Assembly (NCBI GenBank): GCA_964436975.1
Contig: CAYTET010000001.1
Coordinates: 1 to 32,000 of the forward strand
DNA from: an uncultured Erysipelotrichaceae bacterium
Lineage (GTDB): Bacteria > Bacillota_I > Bacilli_A > Erysipelotrichales > Erysipelotrichaceae
DNA length: 32,000 nt
Direction of reading: 5' to 3'
In this document: one piece after another, positions 19,177 through 28,618 of the stretch
How positions within the stretch are numbered: the stretch's first letter is position 1
How the letters are laid out: the number at the start of each line of letters is the position of its first letter
The notes under the pieces: model-generated
What the model was told of the DNA's origin: nothing
Database searches by the model: none
The model's input: only the letters and a program-made list of their open reading frames with translations
Made by a program: the position numbers and the translations under genes

Positions 19177-19677
19177 TTAATCCAGAATAGTTGTGCAATG
19201 CGTAATAGGATCTTCCGTGCGGAACTGGCAGTCAATTTCGATACCGGCATCCCGCATTTCTCTCAGCATCTGCTTTTCATCATCATTAATCCGCACCGTC
19301 TTGGCTAAAACCAAAGTCGGATGCAGATTCTGGGTGACATCACCCAGGTTGAGCCGCTTGAACTTGACGCCGCCTTTGAAGATCTCATAGATGTCCTGAA
19401 TCTGCCGGCCGACAACAAAGACCCGCTGACCGGCATATTTATTGACCCCGAAATTTTCAATCGCCTTGCTGGGCGAGATACATGACAGGGCAACTCCGAC
19501 CGGAGTGGCCATTTTAATTGTGGAGCGGATCATATCATTGTGGGAAACGCTCTCGTTTATAACCATAGCCCGGGTGGCCTTGAGTTCGGGAATCCACTGG
19601 GTAGCGACGATTCCGTGAATCATCCGATCATCAATGCGGACATCGATAATGCCGTTTTCTGTTTCGTAGCTGTTCAT
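19177..19677 (-). CDS. PTS mannose/fructose/sorbose family EIIB component
   Basis: VRIDDRMIHGIVATQWIP phosphorylation-site motif. Confidence 0.93.
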   Translation of the reverse strand: MNSYETENGIIDVRIDDRMIHGIVATQWIPELKATRAMVINESVSHNDMIRSTIKMATPVGVALSCISPSKAIENFGVNKYAGQRVFVVGRQIQDIYEIFKGGVKFKRLNLGDVTQNLHPTLVLAKTVRINDDEKQMLREMRDAGIEIDCQFRTEDPITHCTTILD

Positions 19678-19718
19678 AGCTCCTCCTTTCTCTCACCAAT
19701 ATCCTGGTTTCTATTAAA

Positions 19719-19737
19719 GATTCTACCGACTAGAATC
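19719..19737 (-). promoter_or_regulatory. Perfect 7-bp palindrome GATTCTA-ccgac-TAGAATC about 40 nt upstream of EIIB start; operator or 5'UTR hairpin candidate
   Basis: Seen directly in sequence. Confidence 0.55.
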
Positions 19738-19779
19738 ACAGAATGGCATAAAAGGAAATGGCTTGATTTTGCGCTTTTC

Positions 19780-19793
19780 TGACAGCGCTTTCA
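19780..19793 (-). promoter_or_regulatory. cre-like (CcpA) operator upstream of PTS EIIB-C-D genes
   Basis: TGACAGCGCTTTCA (reverse TGAAAGCGCTGTCA) fits TGWNANCGNTNWCA at all positions. Confidence 0.75.
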
Positions 19794-19893
19794 GTCAAAA
19801 CAAGCCCGATTTACGGTCATTGCGGCAATCACTGTAACTAAAAAGCACCTTATTGTTTACTTTAGGTTGACGCCATTTGATAACCGGGCGGAC

Positions 19894-19918
19894 AAAAAAA
19901 CCGCTTCAGGATAAAGCG
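19894..19918 (-). terminator. Terminator downstream of EIIA gene
   Basis: Minus strand CCGCTT-tatcctg-AAGCGG followed by T7. Confidence 0.85.
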
Positions 19919-19946
19919 GCTGTGGCTGACATAATTGGCTGATTAT

Positions 19947-20357
19947 TTATTCGTCCTGATCGCCAAATGATTCAAATTTATAATCGTTCATGCAGACGGC
20001 TCCGTCTTTGCCGGCTTTCTCTAGGGCCTTGATTTCTTCCGCTGAAGCATCCGGCGGCAGGCAGCTGGCCTGGATAAGCATCGGCAGATTCATGCCGGAA
20101 AAGATAAAGGTGTCCGGCCGGCTCAGCTGGGGAATGACAAGCTGATTGACGCTGCCGCCCATGATATCCGTGAATATCAGCACCTGATCATCAGTCGCCG
20201 TCTGCTCCCAGAAGCGGGCCAAGTCAGCCTTAGGATCACAGTCATCCACGTAGGCACTGATGGCACTGTAGTTTTCTTTCTCCCCGATAAACAGCTGCAG
20301 CGAATTAAGCAGTCCTTTGGCCATGCCGCCATGGCTCAGCAGCAATATCTTTCTCAT
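19947..20357 (-). CDS. PTS mannose/fructose family EIIA component
   Basis: ILLLSHGGMAKGLLNSL, IFTDIMGGSVNQ. Confidence 0.9.
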   Translation of the reverse strand: MRKILLLSHGGMAKGLLNSLQLFIGEKENYSAISAYVDDCDPKADLARFWEQTATDDQVLIFTDIMGGSVNQLVIPQLSRPDTFIFSGMNLPMLIQASCLPPDASAEEIKALEKAGKDGAVCMNDYKFESFGDQDE

Positions 20358-20391
20358 TTGAAAATCTCTCTTTCTTTTTTAATTAAGTTCT

Positions 20392-21795
20392 TTAAACCGC
20401 AATGCGCTTCCAGCTGCCCTTCTTTAGCCGGCTGTTGGAAACAAGATTGCGGGTAATCTGGTCAACCAGCAGACCAATCCAGGCCCCCAGCAGACCCAGT
20501 CCGCACGGATACGCCAATAGATAAGCCAGACCGGGCCGGATGATCGTGACACTGATCAGCATCAGGGCTGCCACAAATTTGACATCACCGGCTCCCCGCA
20601 GGGCGCCGATGACAATTACCTGGGGAATCTGGAAGAGCACGGTAACCGACAGGATCACCAGCGGAATAGTTGAGGCCGCAATAACTTCGGCGTCATTTGT
20701 GAACAGTTCGGTAATCTGGGTGGAAAAGACGGCAATCACTATGGCAATGACAATGGCGATAACCATGCCGATCCGCTTGGCCACTCCGGTATAGATCTGG
20801 GCCATGTCGATTCGCCGCTGGCCCATTGACTGGCCGACCAGGGAGGTGTTGGCCACCTGCAGGCCGTCGCCAAAAGAGAATGTGATATTCATGATATTCA
20901 TGCAGACCTGATGGGCTGAATAGCTGACCGTGCCTAAAGAAGCAACAGCTTTGGAATAGACAAAAAAGCCAATCCGCATAAAGACCTGCTCTACCAGGGA
21001 ATGCCGGGAAATCTGCCAGATATCATTCAGATCCGACCGGCTCGGCTTAATGATGCCGGCAAGGTGCAGATGCAGGTAGCCCTTTTTGCCCAGCACCGAT
21101 ATAATGGCAATCAGACAGGCCACAATATTGCCAATCGCTGTGGCAATCGCGGCCCCTTGTACACCCAGTTTGGGAAAGCCGTAAAGGCCGTTGATCAGCA
21201 GGGCATTGAAAATTAGATTGATAATATTGGCCGCCAGATTGGTAATCATACTGATGCGGGTGTTGCCGATGCCCCGCTGACCGGCCGAAATAGTCAGGCT
21301 TATGGAGTAAAAGATGTTGCCGAATTCAGTAATCCGGAAGTAGAGAACAGCCAGATCAATGTAGTCATCTCCGGCGCCGGCCAGCCGCAGAAACGGCTCG
21401 GCAAAGATGATGCCCAGAACTGACAGGATGACCGCTGCCAAAGCACAGACAGCCAGCGAACTGTTCAGATAGGAATTGGCTTCGGCCTGCTTCTTTTCAC
21501 CCCGGCGCCGGGCTACCAGAACCGTCACCCCGATATTCAGGGCAAATATTGGGGCCAGGATCATATAGCGGGGCTGGGTGCAGATGCCGACAGCCGAGAT
21601 AGCTTCCTTGTTAAGGGTGCCGACCATAGCAGTGTCAACCGCTCCGATCAAGGCAATCAGCACCATTTCCAAAGCGCTGGGCCAGGCCATGGCCAGTGTT
21701 TTCCGGTAAATCTGCCGGTTGGAGGGTATCGGGCCTTCAATTTCGCTTTCCTTAAGCATGCCCTGCCACCCGAACAGTCTTTTTACTAGATTCAC
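20392..21795 (-). CDS. MATE family efflux transporter
   Basis: MAWPSALEMVLIALIGAVDTAMVG..., 12 TM pattern, VGQSMGQRR. Confidence 0.92.
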   Translation of the reverse strand: MNLVKRLFGWQGMLKESEIEGPIPSNRQIYRKTLAMAWPSALEMVLIALIGAVDTAMVGTLNKEAISAVGICTQPRYMILAPIFALNIGVTVLVARRRGEKKQAEANSYLNSSLAVCALAAVILSVLGIIFAEPFLRLAGAGDDYIDLAVLYFRITEFGNIFYSISLTISAGQRGIGNTRISMITNLAANIINLIFNALLINGLYGFPKLGVQGAAIATAIGNIVACLIAIISVLGKKGYLHLHLAGIIKPSRSDLNDIWQISRHSLVEQVFMRIGFFVYSKAVASLGTVSYSAHQVCMNIMNITFSFGDGLQVANTSLVGQSMGQRRIDMAQIYTGVAKRIGMVIAIVIAIVIAVFSTQITELFTNDAEVIAASTIPLVILSVTVLFQIPQVIVIGALRGAGDVKFVAALMLISVTIIRPGLAYLLAYPCGLGLLGAWIGLLVDQITRNLVSNSRLKKGSWKRIAV

Positions 21796-22046
21796 CGCCG
21801 CACTCCTTTTAACGTCCTTTTAAAGACAAACTATCTCTTTTATACCATATATCCCTCTGCCCTTGGCAAAGACCGCATCAAAATGCCGGCTTTTCCTCCT
21901 TTTTATAATAACAGGCGGACAAAAAACCGCCGGAAGTTGTTTTTCCCTCCTATTGTGTCCTTTAATTATATGTTTCAAACCCAACTCTTCTGGCCGGCCC
22001 AAGGGCCGCTTTTTATCTTATATAATTTTATTTTGTATTAGTCTGA

Positions 22047-23342
22047 TTATTTCTGCTGCCAGTAACCGGTCTTATTAGAACCCTGATGAATCAGACAGCC
22101 CTGACTGACAAGCTGCTTTATGGCCCGGTATATCGTACTCTCCGACACCTGAAGCATCTTGGCTAATTCACGGCGGCTTAAGGACGGATTCTCTTTTAAC
22201 TTTTCCAGTATCTTCTCATTCAGCCTTTTTGAACCGGTCTCATCCAATTCATTTGTTCCCCCGTTTGGACCGCCGGCAAAAGGGATTCTCACTTTGATAA
22301 AGTTTTTAGAGAAGCTGAAGACGTTTCTGTCATATACACGCAAAACCCTTCTTATTCCGGTTCCCAAAAACTCCACCAGTCCCAGATCATGAAACACTCG
22401 CATCAGTTGCGGATTCACCGACAGTGAAAAACCTCTGAAGAAATCTTCTTCACTGTAATTATCCGGCAGGCCGCCAAAAGAAGATATCTCAGCATAGCTG
22501 TCGAACACCTCGAATTTCGGCAGACCGCCGTCAACATAGTTATTATGAACAAAGGCATTAATTATCACTTCCCGCATGGCAATACCATCAAAGCGTCTGA
22601 CTTCCTGGCGCTGGCTGCCGGTTATTCTGGTATAAATGCAGTTTTCAGCCTGCATTCTCTGCAGAACCTGATCAACCGAAGTTATGACAGACTGATTGAT
22701 AAATTCGGCCCTTGCGGTAAGATCGAACACATCGTTGCCCCGGTATTTAGCAAATTGAAAGGGCAGTCCGTTTTCGTCGGCCAGAAGATAAGCCAGATAG
22801 TTATACAAACCATCTGCGCTGTATAGGCCGAACTGCTGATATAAATTAGGCCCTATTTCGCAGCCTTTATTGCGATAATAGATTTCCAAGGCTGAAAAAT
22901 GCAGATCCTGACGGGGCGACGTCTTAGTAGAAAGAGTAATCTTGTTCCTCTTCTGATATAGAGCAAAAATCATATCTTCCGGCATTTTTTCAACCGCTGT
23001 ACCAATTCTTATAAATGTCCCTTCCGGAGACATTCCCAAACGGCTCAGATAATAAGGCTTCTGATTTCCGGAAGAGACCATTACCTGAATATACTGCCGA
23101 TCCCCCTTTTTTAGCTTAATTATGTCAAATAAGCCCAGCGCTGACGGTTTGATTTTGTTCTTCAGACGGTCTTTTATTTTCAGTTCGGTTTCATCAACAT
23201 CAGGCACTCCGACAACCGTACCGCTGTCAGAAACGCCAATGTAAATACTGCCGCCGCCTTTTGAATTTAAAAAAGCGATGACTTCTTTTTCAAATTTATC
23301 ATTTAAAACTTCCTTAAATTCATTATGTTCATTTTCTATCAT
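22047..23342 (-). CDS. AlbA_2/Schlafen-type putative DNA/RNA-binding protein with C-terminal HTH; probable start MIENEHNEFKE inside ORF 22047..23417
   Basis: NEFKEVLNDKFEKEVIAFLNSKGGGSIYIGVSDSGTVVGV; C-terminal SRRELAKMLQVSESTIYRAIKQL. Confidence 0.85.
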   Translation of the reverse strand: MIENEHNEFKEVLNDKFEKEVIAFLNSKGGGSIYIGVSDSGTVVGVPDVDETELKIKDRLKNKIKPSALGLFDIIKLKKGDRQYIQVMVSSGNQKPYYLSRLGMSPEGTFIRIGTAVEKMPEDMIFALYQKRNKITLSTKTSPRQDLHFSALEIYYRNKGCEIGPNLYQQFGLYSADGLYNYLAYLLADENGLPFQFAKYRGNDVFDLTARAEFINQSVITSVDQVLQRMQAENCIYTRITGSQRQEVRRFDGIAMREVIINAFVHNNYVDGGLPKFEVFDSYAEISSFGGLPDNYSEEDFFRGFSLSVNPQLMRVFHDLGLVEFLGTGIRRVLRVYDRNVFSFSKNFIKVRIPFAGGPNGGTNELDETGSKRLNEKILEKLKENPSLSRRELAKMLQVSESTIYRAIKQLVSQGCLIHQGSNKTGYWQQK

Positions 23343-23369
23343 TATCAGCACCTCTGTCTCGGCTATTCC

Positions 23370-23405
23370 ATGAAGCAATAAATGAAGCAGTAAATGAAGC
23401 GATAA
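23370..23405. repeat. 3 x 12-bp tandem repeat upstream of AlbA/Schlafen-type gene
   Basis: ATGAAGCAATAA / ATGAAGCAGTAA / ATGAAGCGATAA. Confidence 0.85.
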
Positions 23406-23414
23406 CGGCTGCAA

Positions 23415-23441
23415 CAAAAAGAAAACGGCAGCGCTGCCGTT
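23415..23441 (-). terminator. Terminator downstream of nfnB-like gene
   Basis: AACGGCAG-CG-CTGCCGTT followed by a T-rich tract on the minus strand. Confidence 0.8.
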
Positions 23442-23465
23442 CTCTTAAGTGTATTATCAGTATCT

Positions 23466-24845
23466 TCAGCGGGCCTTGAGCCGGGCGTTGATAGCCGCGG
23501 CGGCCGCTTTGCCGGCCCCCATGGCTTTGATAACCGTAGCTGATCCGGTTACCGCATCGCCGCCGGCAAACACATTGGCCAGCGTTGTTTCTTCCGTGTC
23601 GGAAACAATCAGGCAGCCGTGGTCATTGACCTGCAGGCCGGCGGTTGTCTGGGTCAGCAGCGGGTTGGGGCGGGTGCCCAGCGCCATGATGACCATATCG
23701 ACATCCATCATGAATTCACTGCCTGCAACGGCCTTGGGCCGGCGCCGGCCGGATTCATCCGGCTGTCCTAATTCCATCTTAATGCATTTCATGCCGCTGA
23801 CATTGTATTGCTCATCCCCGCAGATTTCGACCGGGTTAATCAAAAGATCAAACCGGATGCCTTCCTGACGGGCATGCTCTACTTCTTCTTTACGGGCCGG
23901 CAGTTCTTCCATGGAGCGCCGGTAGACAATATGGACTTCATCCGCTCCCATCCGCAGAGCGCAGCGGGCGGCATCCATAGCCACATTGCCGCCGCCGACA
24001 ACGGCGACTTTACGGCCGACATGAACCGGCGTCGCGCTGTCCTTCTGATAGCCCTTCATCAGATTGATGCGGGTCAGAAATTCGTTGGCCGATAAAACAC
24101 CGTTGTATTCCTCCCCGGGAATGTTCATGAACATCGGCAGACCGGCGCCGGTGCCGATGTAGACAGCCCGGCAGCCCTGGGCGAACAGATCTTCAATGGT
24201 CGCCGACCGGCCGATAACGGCATCGGTAACCACCGCTACGCCCTTCTGCTTCAGGGCTTCAACTTCCCTGTCAACAATATCCTTAGGCAGACGGAAAGCC
24301 GGAATGCCGTAAGTCAGCACGCCGCCGGCCTGATGCAGAGCTTCATATATGGTTACTTCATAGCCCCATTTGGCTAATTCGCCGGCACAGGTCAGCCCGG
24401 ATGGGCCTGACCCGATGACCGCCACTTTTACCGCGTTGGGCAGGGCTTTTTTAACCGGTTCATTCTGGGCATTGTGCCAGTCGGCCACAAAGCGCTCCAG
24501 CCGGCCGATGGCCACTGCTTCGCCCTTAATGCCCCGGGTGCAGTTTTTCTCACACTGGCTTTCCTGCGGGCAGACCCGGCCGCAGACCGCCGGCAGACAA
24601 CTGGCCTGGGCAATGACATCGTAGGCCTGCTGATACTCTTTATTCTTGACATGCTGGATGAAGGCCGGAATATCAATGCCGACCGAACAGCCGGAAACGC
24701 AGGGCTTGTTGCGGCAGTTGATGCAGCGGTCAGCCTCACTTAAAGCCATTTCTTCGGTATAGCCTAACGCCACTTCATCAAAGTTGTGCGCTCTTATTTC
24801 GGCCGGCTGAACCGGCATTTCGTTTTTAACATTGCTGGTGTTCAT
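23466..24845 (-). CDS. Glutamate synthase small subunit-like oxidoreductase / NfnB
   Basis: EADRCINCRNKPCVSGCSVGIDIPAFI Fe-S motif, GSGPSGLTCAGELAKWGYEVTIYEA, GGGNVAMDAAR. Confidence 0.93.
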   Translation of the reverse strand: MNTSNVKNEMPVQPAEIRAHNFDEVALGYTEEMALSEADRCINCRNKPCVSGCSVGIDIPAFIQHVKNKEYQQAYDVIAQASCLPAVCGRVCPQESQCEKNCTRGIKGEAVAIGRLERFVADWHNAQNEPVKKALPNAVKVAVIGSGPSGLTCAGELAKWGYEVTIYEALHQAGGVLTYGIPAFRLPKDIVDREVEALKQKGVAVVTDAVIGRSATIEDLFAQGCRAVYIGTGAGLPMFMNIPGEEYNGVLSANEFLTRINLMKGYQKDSATPVHVGRKVAVVGGGNVAMDAARCALRMGADEVHIVYRRSMEELPARKEEVEHARQEGIRFDLLINPVEICGDEQYNVSGMKCIKMELGQPDESGRRRPKAVAGSEFMMDVDMVIMALGTRPNPLLTQTTAGLQVNDHGCLIVSDTEETTLANVFAGGDAVTGSATVIKAMGAGKAAAAAINARLKAR

Positions 24846-24847
24846 AA

Positions 24848-25690
24848 TCAGGCGACCTCCTTATTGAACAGATGGCAGGCCGCTTCGTAGGCATGCCGCT
24901 CATAATCTTTATAAGCCCGGCTGCGGGCGATGGTCTGGTCAAAATCGACCTGGTGACCGTCAAAATCCGGTCCGTCGACGCAGGCAAACTTCATCTTGCC
25001 GCCAACACTCAGCCGGCAGCAGCCGCACATACCGGTGCCGTCGATCATGATCGGATTCATGCTGACAACTGTTTTGATATTGTATTTTGCCGTCAGCTGG
25101 CAGACAAACTTCATCATGACCAGCGGGCCGATGGCGATGACTTCATCAAACTGCTGGCCGTCATCAATCAGTTTCTGCAGGGCCTGGGTGACCAGACCTT
25201 TGTTGCCGTTGGAACCGTCATCCGTCATCACGGTCAGCTGGCTGCTGGCCTGGCGGAATTCATCTTCCAGGATAATGAGGTCCTTGTTCCTGAAACCGGT
25301 AATGGCCGCAACCTCACAGCCCTGCTTATGCAGCTGCTTGGCTAAAGGCAGGGCAATGGCACAGCCCACTCCGCCGCCGACGATGGCCACTTTATGCAGG
25401 CCGTCAAGATGCGAAGGCGTACCCAGCGGACCGACAAAGTCAGCCAGACTTTCCCCGGCTTTCTTCTGATCGAGAAGGAACGTCGTCGCTCCGACGATCT
25501 GGTAGATAATGGTGACCGTTCCGGCTTCACTGTCGCTTTCAGCGATAGTCAGCGGAATCCGCTCGCCGTTTTCATCAACCCGCAGGATTATAAACTGGCC
25601 GGGCTTGGCTTTGCCGGCAACCAGCGGCGCCTCGATAACCATCTTGCCGACAGTCGGGTTGAGCGCCTCTTTAGAAATGATTTTGAACAT
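24848..25690 (-). CDS. Sulfide dehydrogenase subunit beta-like / NfnA (FAD/NAD-binding, 2Fe-2S); probable start MFKIISKEAL inside ORF 24848..25825
   Basis: KPGQFIILRV, GTGMCGCCRLSV...FACVDGPDFDGHQVDF 2Fe-2S motif. Confidence 0.92.
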   Translation of the reverse strand: MFKIISKEALNPTVGKMVIEAPLVAGKAKPGQFIILRVDENGERIPLTIAESDSEAGTVTIIYQIVGATTFLLDQKKAGESLADFVGPLGTPSHLDGLHKVAIVGGGVGCAIALPLAKQLHKQGCEVAAITGFRNKDLIILEDEFRQASSQLTVMTDDGSNGNKGLVTQALQKLIDDGQQFDEVIAIGPLVMMKFVCQLTAKYNIKTVVSMNPIMIDGTGMCGCCRLSVGGKMKFACVDGPDFDGHQVDFDQTIARSRAYKDYERHAYEAACHLFNKEVA

Positions 25691-25846
25691 TATCACAAGT
25701 TCCTTTCTGTTATTTATATTAATAGCCGTCTTCTGCCCTTTTATTGTACCGCTTACACTCACTTTCAGGCAAACCCAAACCCGTAAAGACGGCCTATACC
25801 GCTTCAAGAATGACACAAACGGCAATTTACAGCTTCCGGCAGTATT

Positions 25847-27022
25847 TCAGCGGGAAGTACCGGCCGGCAGTTTCTTGTAGACAGCCAGCAGGCTCAGGGG
25901 AATAACCGCAATAAGACCGATGATGATTAAAGCAGTGTTGATGCCGAATACGGTCTCCAGGACGCCTGACAGCAGCGGGGCTGCTAAAAGCGAGCCGCTG
26001 GAATACAGGGCCAAGGCGGTCTGCTGACCGCTGGACTTGAGATAAGCCGGTGTCTGTTCGTCAATAATCCGCTTGGCGGCCACCATCTGCAGGCCGAAAC
26101 TGAAAAACTGCAGCAGGCTCAGCAGAATCATCTGGGTGGCATTGGCCGCAAAGCCATACAGCACATAGCGGATTCCTAAAGCCAGGGCCGCCACCTTCAG
26201 CATGTCCAGCAGACCGAATTTCTTGTTTAAGAAGTCCCCGGCAAAAAACATCGGCAGTTCCACAATGGCCTGCAGCGTCCAGTACCAGCTGATCTGCATA
26301 TCCGTCGCCTTGAGAATGGTCAGTTTGTCAATGACGGCATAGTTGCACATATCGCCGATCAGAAAGATGAAAAACAGAATGGCAATCGCCAGCCGGTAGC
26401 GCTGGTTTTTCAGCAGCTGTCGGGTATCACTGAATTTGAGCGGGGTCGCGCTGCCCTTTTTCTGGGCATCGGGAATCAGCAGGGCAATCAGCAGAATGAT
26501 CAGACAGACGGACGCAAAGCCCCATGATAAGCCCTTATAGCCAAACTGGCTGACAATAAAAGCCGCCAGCGGCGAGCCGACCGCCCAGCCCAGCGAACCC
26601 TGGGCCCGGATCGTGCCGTAATGGCTGTTGCATTCGCTGTCAGACTCTAAAACCCAGCTGTCCAGCAGGCCGTCGCAGATATTCATCATAGCTCCGGTAA
26701 AGGCCGCCAGAAGCAGGTGCACCAGATAGTCATGCCCCGGATACAGGTAGAAAGCCGCATTTATGAAGATATAGAAGATAAACAGAATAAAGGCCAGCGG
26801 CTTGATGAAGCGGAACCGGTCGCACATAAAGCCGACGATTACCTGGCCCAGAATGGAGAAAACGGCCACGCCGGCAAAAATGACGCTGCGCTGCATGGTG
26901 GAATAGCCCAGGCTGATCAGATAGGCCATCATAAAACAGTAGGAAACCGCTTCGGCCACAAAGGCAAACAGGTAAATGGCGCTGAACTTCAGGCTTTTGG
27001 GAGTCAATTTCATAACTGACAT
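25847..27022 (-). CDS. MFS transporter (LacY/nucleoside-symporter-like, MFS_1_like)
   Basis: 12 TM, GYSTMQRSVIFAGVAVFSILGQVIVGFMCDRF. Confidence 0.85.
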   Translation of the reverse strand: MSVMKLTPKSLKFSAIYLFAFVAEAVSYCFMMAYLISLGYSTMQRSVIFAGVAVFSILGQVIVGFMCDRFRFIKPLAFILFIFYIFINAAFYLYPGHDYLVHLLLAAFTGAMMNICDGLLDSWVLESDSECNSHYGTIRAQGSLGWAVGSPLAAFIVSQFGYKGLSWGFASVCLIILLIALLIPDAQKKGSATPLKFSDTRQLLKNQRYRLAIAILFFIFLIGDMCNYAVIDKLTILKATDMQISWYWTLQAIVELPMFFAGDFLNKKFGLLDMLKVAALALGIRYVLYGFAANATQMILLSLLQFFSFGLQMVAAKRIIDEQTPAYLKSSGQQTALALYSSGSLLAAPLLSGVLETVFGINTALIIIGLIAVIPLSLLAVYKKLPAGTSR

Positions 27023-27118
27023 TGTAGCACAAAGTATCCGGCCCGTTTGTGAAAAGGGCGGAATTGCTATAGAATTGAGAAAATGCTTCGGCCAATCAAC
27101 AAAAGAAAGGTTACTGCC

Positions 27119-28570
27119 ATGACTGACTGTCTTAAAACTGCACCGTTTCCCGCCGATTTTATCTGGGGAGCTTCCAGCAGCGCCTATCAGTGTGAAGGCG
27201 CCTATAACCAGGACGGCAAGGGCTTATCTGTCCAGGATGTAACCCCGCATCTGCCTCACACCGCCAGCTTCAAAGCCGGCGTTGATCACTATCACCGCTA
27301 TAAGGAAGACATTGCCCTGATGGCGGAGATGGGCCTGAAGGCCTACCGCTTTTCCATTGCCTGGACCCGTCTTTTCCCTAAGGGAAGCGGCCAGGTCAAT
27401 CCGGCCGGCGTCGCCCATTATCATGACGTCATCAATGAGTGTCTGAAATACCACATTGAGCCGATTGTCACGCTTTATCATTTTGACCTGCCCCTGGCCC
27501 TGCAGCTGAAAGGCGGCTGGAACAACCGGGCCACCATTGACGCCTTTGTCAATTACAGCACCCTTTGCTTCCGGGAATACGGGTCTAAAGTTAAATATTT
27601 TCTGACCATCAACGAGCAGAATATGATGGTGCTTTATAATCTGGGCGGCTATGGCAGTGCTAAAAAGCGCTGGCAGGCCAGTCATAACATGCTGGTAGCC
27701 GCCGCCTTAGCCATGCAGCAGTGCCATTGCCTGTGTGCAGCCAAAATCGGGCCGGCACCCAACGTGCCCTGCATTTATCCGCTGACCGACAGCCCGGCCG
27801 ACCAGCAGGCTGCCTTGAATTTCGCCCAGCTGCGCAACCACATGTTCATCCAGCCCCTGGTTGACGGCACTTATCCGCCCCTGGCCGCGGCCTACCTGAA
27901 GAAGCATAACTGCTACCCGGAGTTTGAACCAGGTGACCAGGAGGCTTTGCGTCAGGCCCATCCGGATTTTATTGCTTTCAATTATTACGGAGGTGAAACG
28001 GTCCGCTATACCGATGCCGCCCAAAGCCGCCTGCTGATTGCCAAAGGCCGGAAGTACTGGCATGCCTTTACCGATTTTGACGGCTTCAAACAGGACTTTA
28101 CCACGGCTAAGATGACCTTTGCGGATTATGCTTCCCTGACGGTCAACCCGCGCCAGAAAATGACTTCCTATAAAATGGCTATTGATCCGGACGGTCTGCT
28201 GGTTATTCTGCATGAACTGACCGATCGCTATCATCTGCCGCTGCTGATAACCGAAAACGGCTGCGGGGTCAAAGACGTGCTTACTTCCGATGACCGCATC
28301 CATGACCCCTACCGCATCGATTATCTGCGGCTGCATATTAAAGCCTGTGCGGCCGCCATTAGCCAGGGCGTCGATCTGATCGGCTACTGCCCCTGGTCGG
28401 CGTTTGATTTGATTTCAACCCATCAGGGCATCACCAAGCGCTACGGCTTTATCTATGTTGACCGGGAGGAAAAGCATCTCAGGCAGCTGCGCCGGCTGCG
28501 CAAAGACTCCTTTTTCTGGTATAAAAAGGTCATTGCAGCCAACGGCAGCGAGCTGGACGATGATAAATGA
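27119..28570 (+). CDS. Glycoside hydrolase family 1, probable 6-phospho-beta-glucosidase; start MTDCLKTAPFPADFIWGASSSAYQ
   Basis: FIWGASSSAYQCEGA, acid/base TINEQN, nucleophile ITENG, C-terminal DLISTHQGITKRYGFIYVD. Confidence 0.93.
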   Translation: MTDCLKTAPFPADFIWGASSSAYQCEGAYNQDGKGLSVQDVTPHLPHTASFKAGVDHYHRYKEDIALMAEMGLKAYRFSIAWTRLFPKGSGQVNPAGVAHYHDVINECLKYHIEPIVTLYHFDLPLALQLKGGWNNRATIDAFVNYSTLCFREYGSKVKYFLTINEQNMMVLYNLGGYGSAKKRWQASHNMLVAAALAMQQCHCLCAAKIGPAPNVPCIYPLTDSPADQQAALNFAQLRNHMFIQPLVDGTYPPLAAAYLKKHNCYPEFEPGDQEALRQAHPDFIAFNYYGGETVRYTDAAQSRLLIAKGRKYWHAFTDFDGFKQDFTTAKMTFADYASLTVNPRQKMTSYKMAIDPDGLLVILHELTDRYHLPLLITENGCGVKDVLTSDDRIHDPYRIDYLRLHIKACAAAISQGVDLIGYCPWSAFDLISTHQGITKRYGFIYVDREEKHLRQLRRLRKDSFFWYKKVIAANGSELDDDK

Positions 28571-28618
28571 GCCGGCCGGTTGTGCTATACTAATCACGGA
28601 CTTATAAGGAGATACGGC

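Noticed and set aside
22000-22020. CGGCCC-aa-GGGCCG-CTTTTT plus-strand terminator-like palindrome
   Set aside because: No plus-strand gene ends nearby and the 2-nt loop is too tight for the full stem; function not supportable
24872-25469. 157-aa plus-strand ORFs opposite the nfnA-like gene
   Set aside because: Antisense shadows; the minus-strand gene has clear cofactor motifs
27224-28336. Minus-strand ORFs of 153 and 209 aa opposite GH1
   Set aside because: Antisense to a clear glycoside hydrolase; no independent evidence
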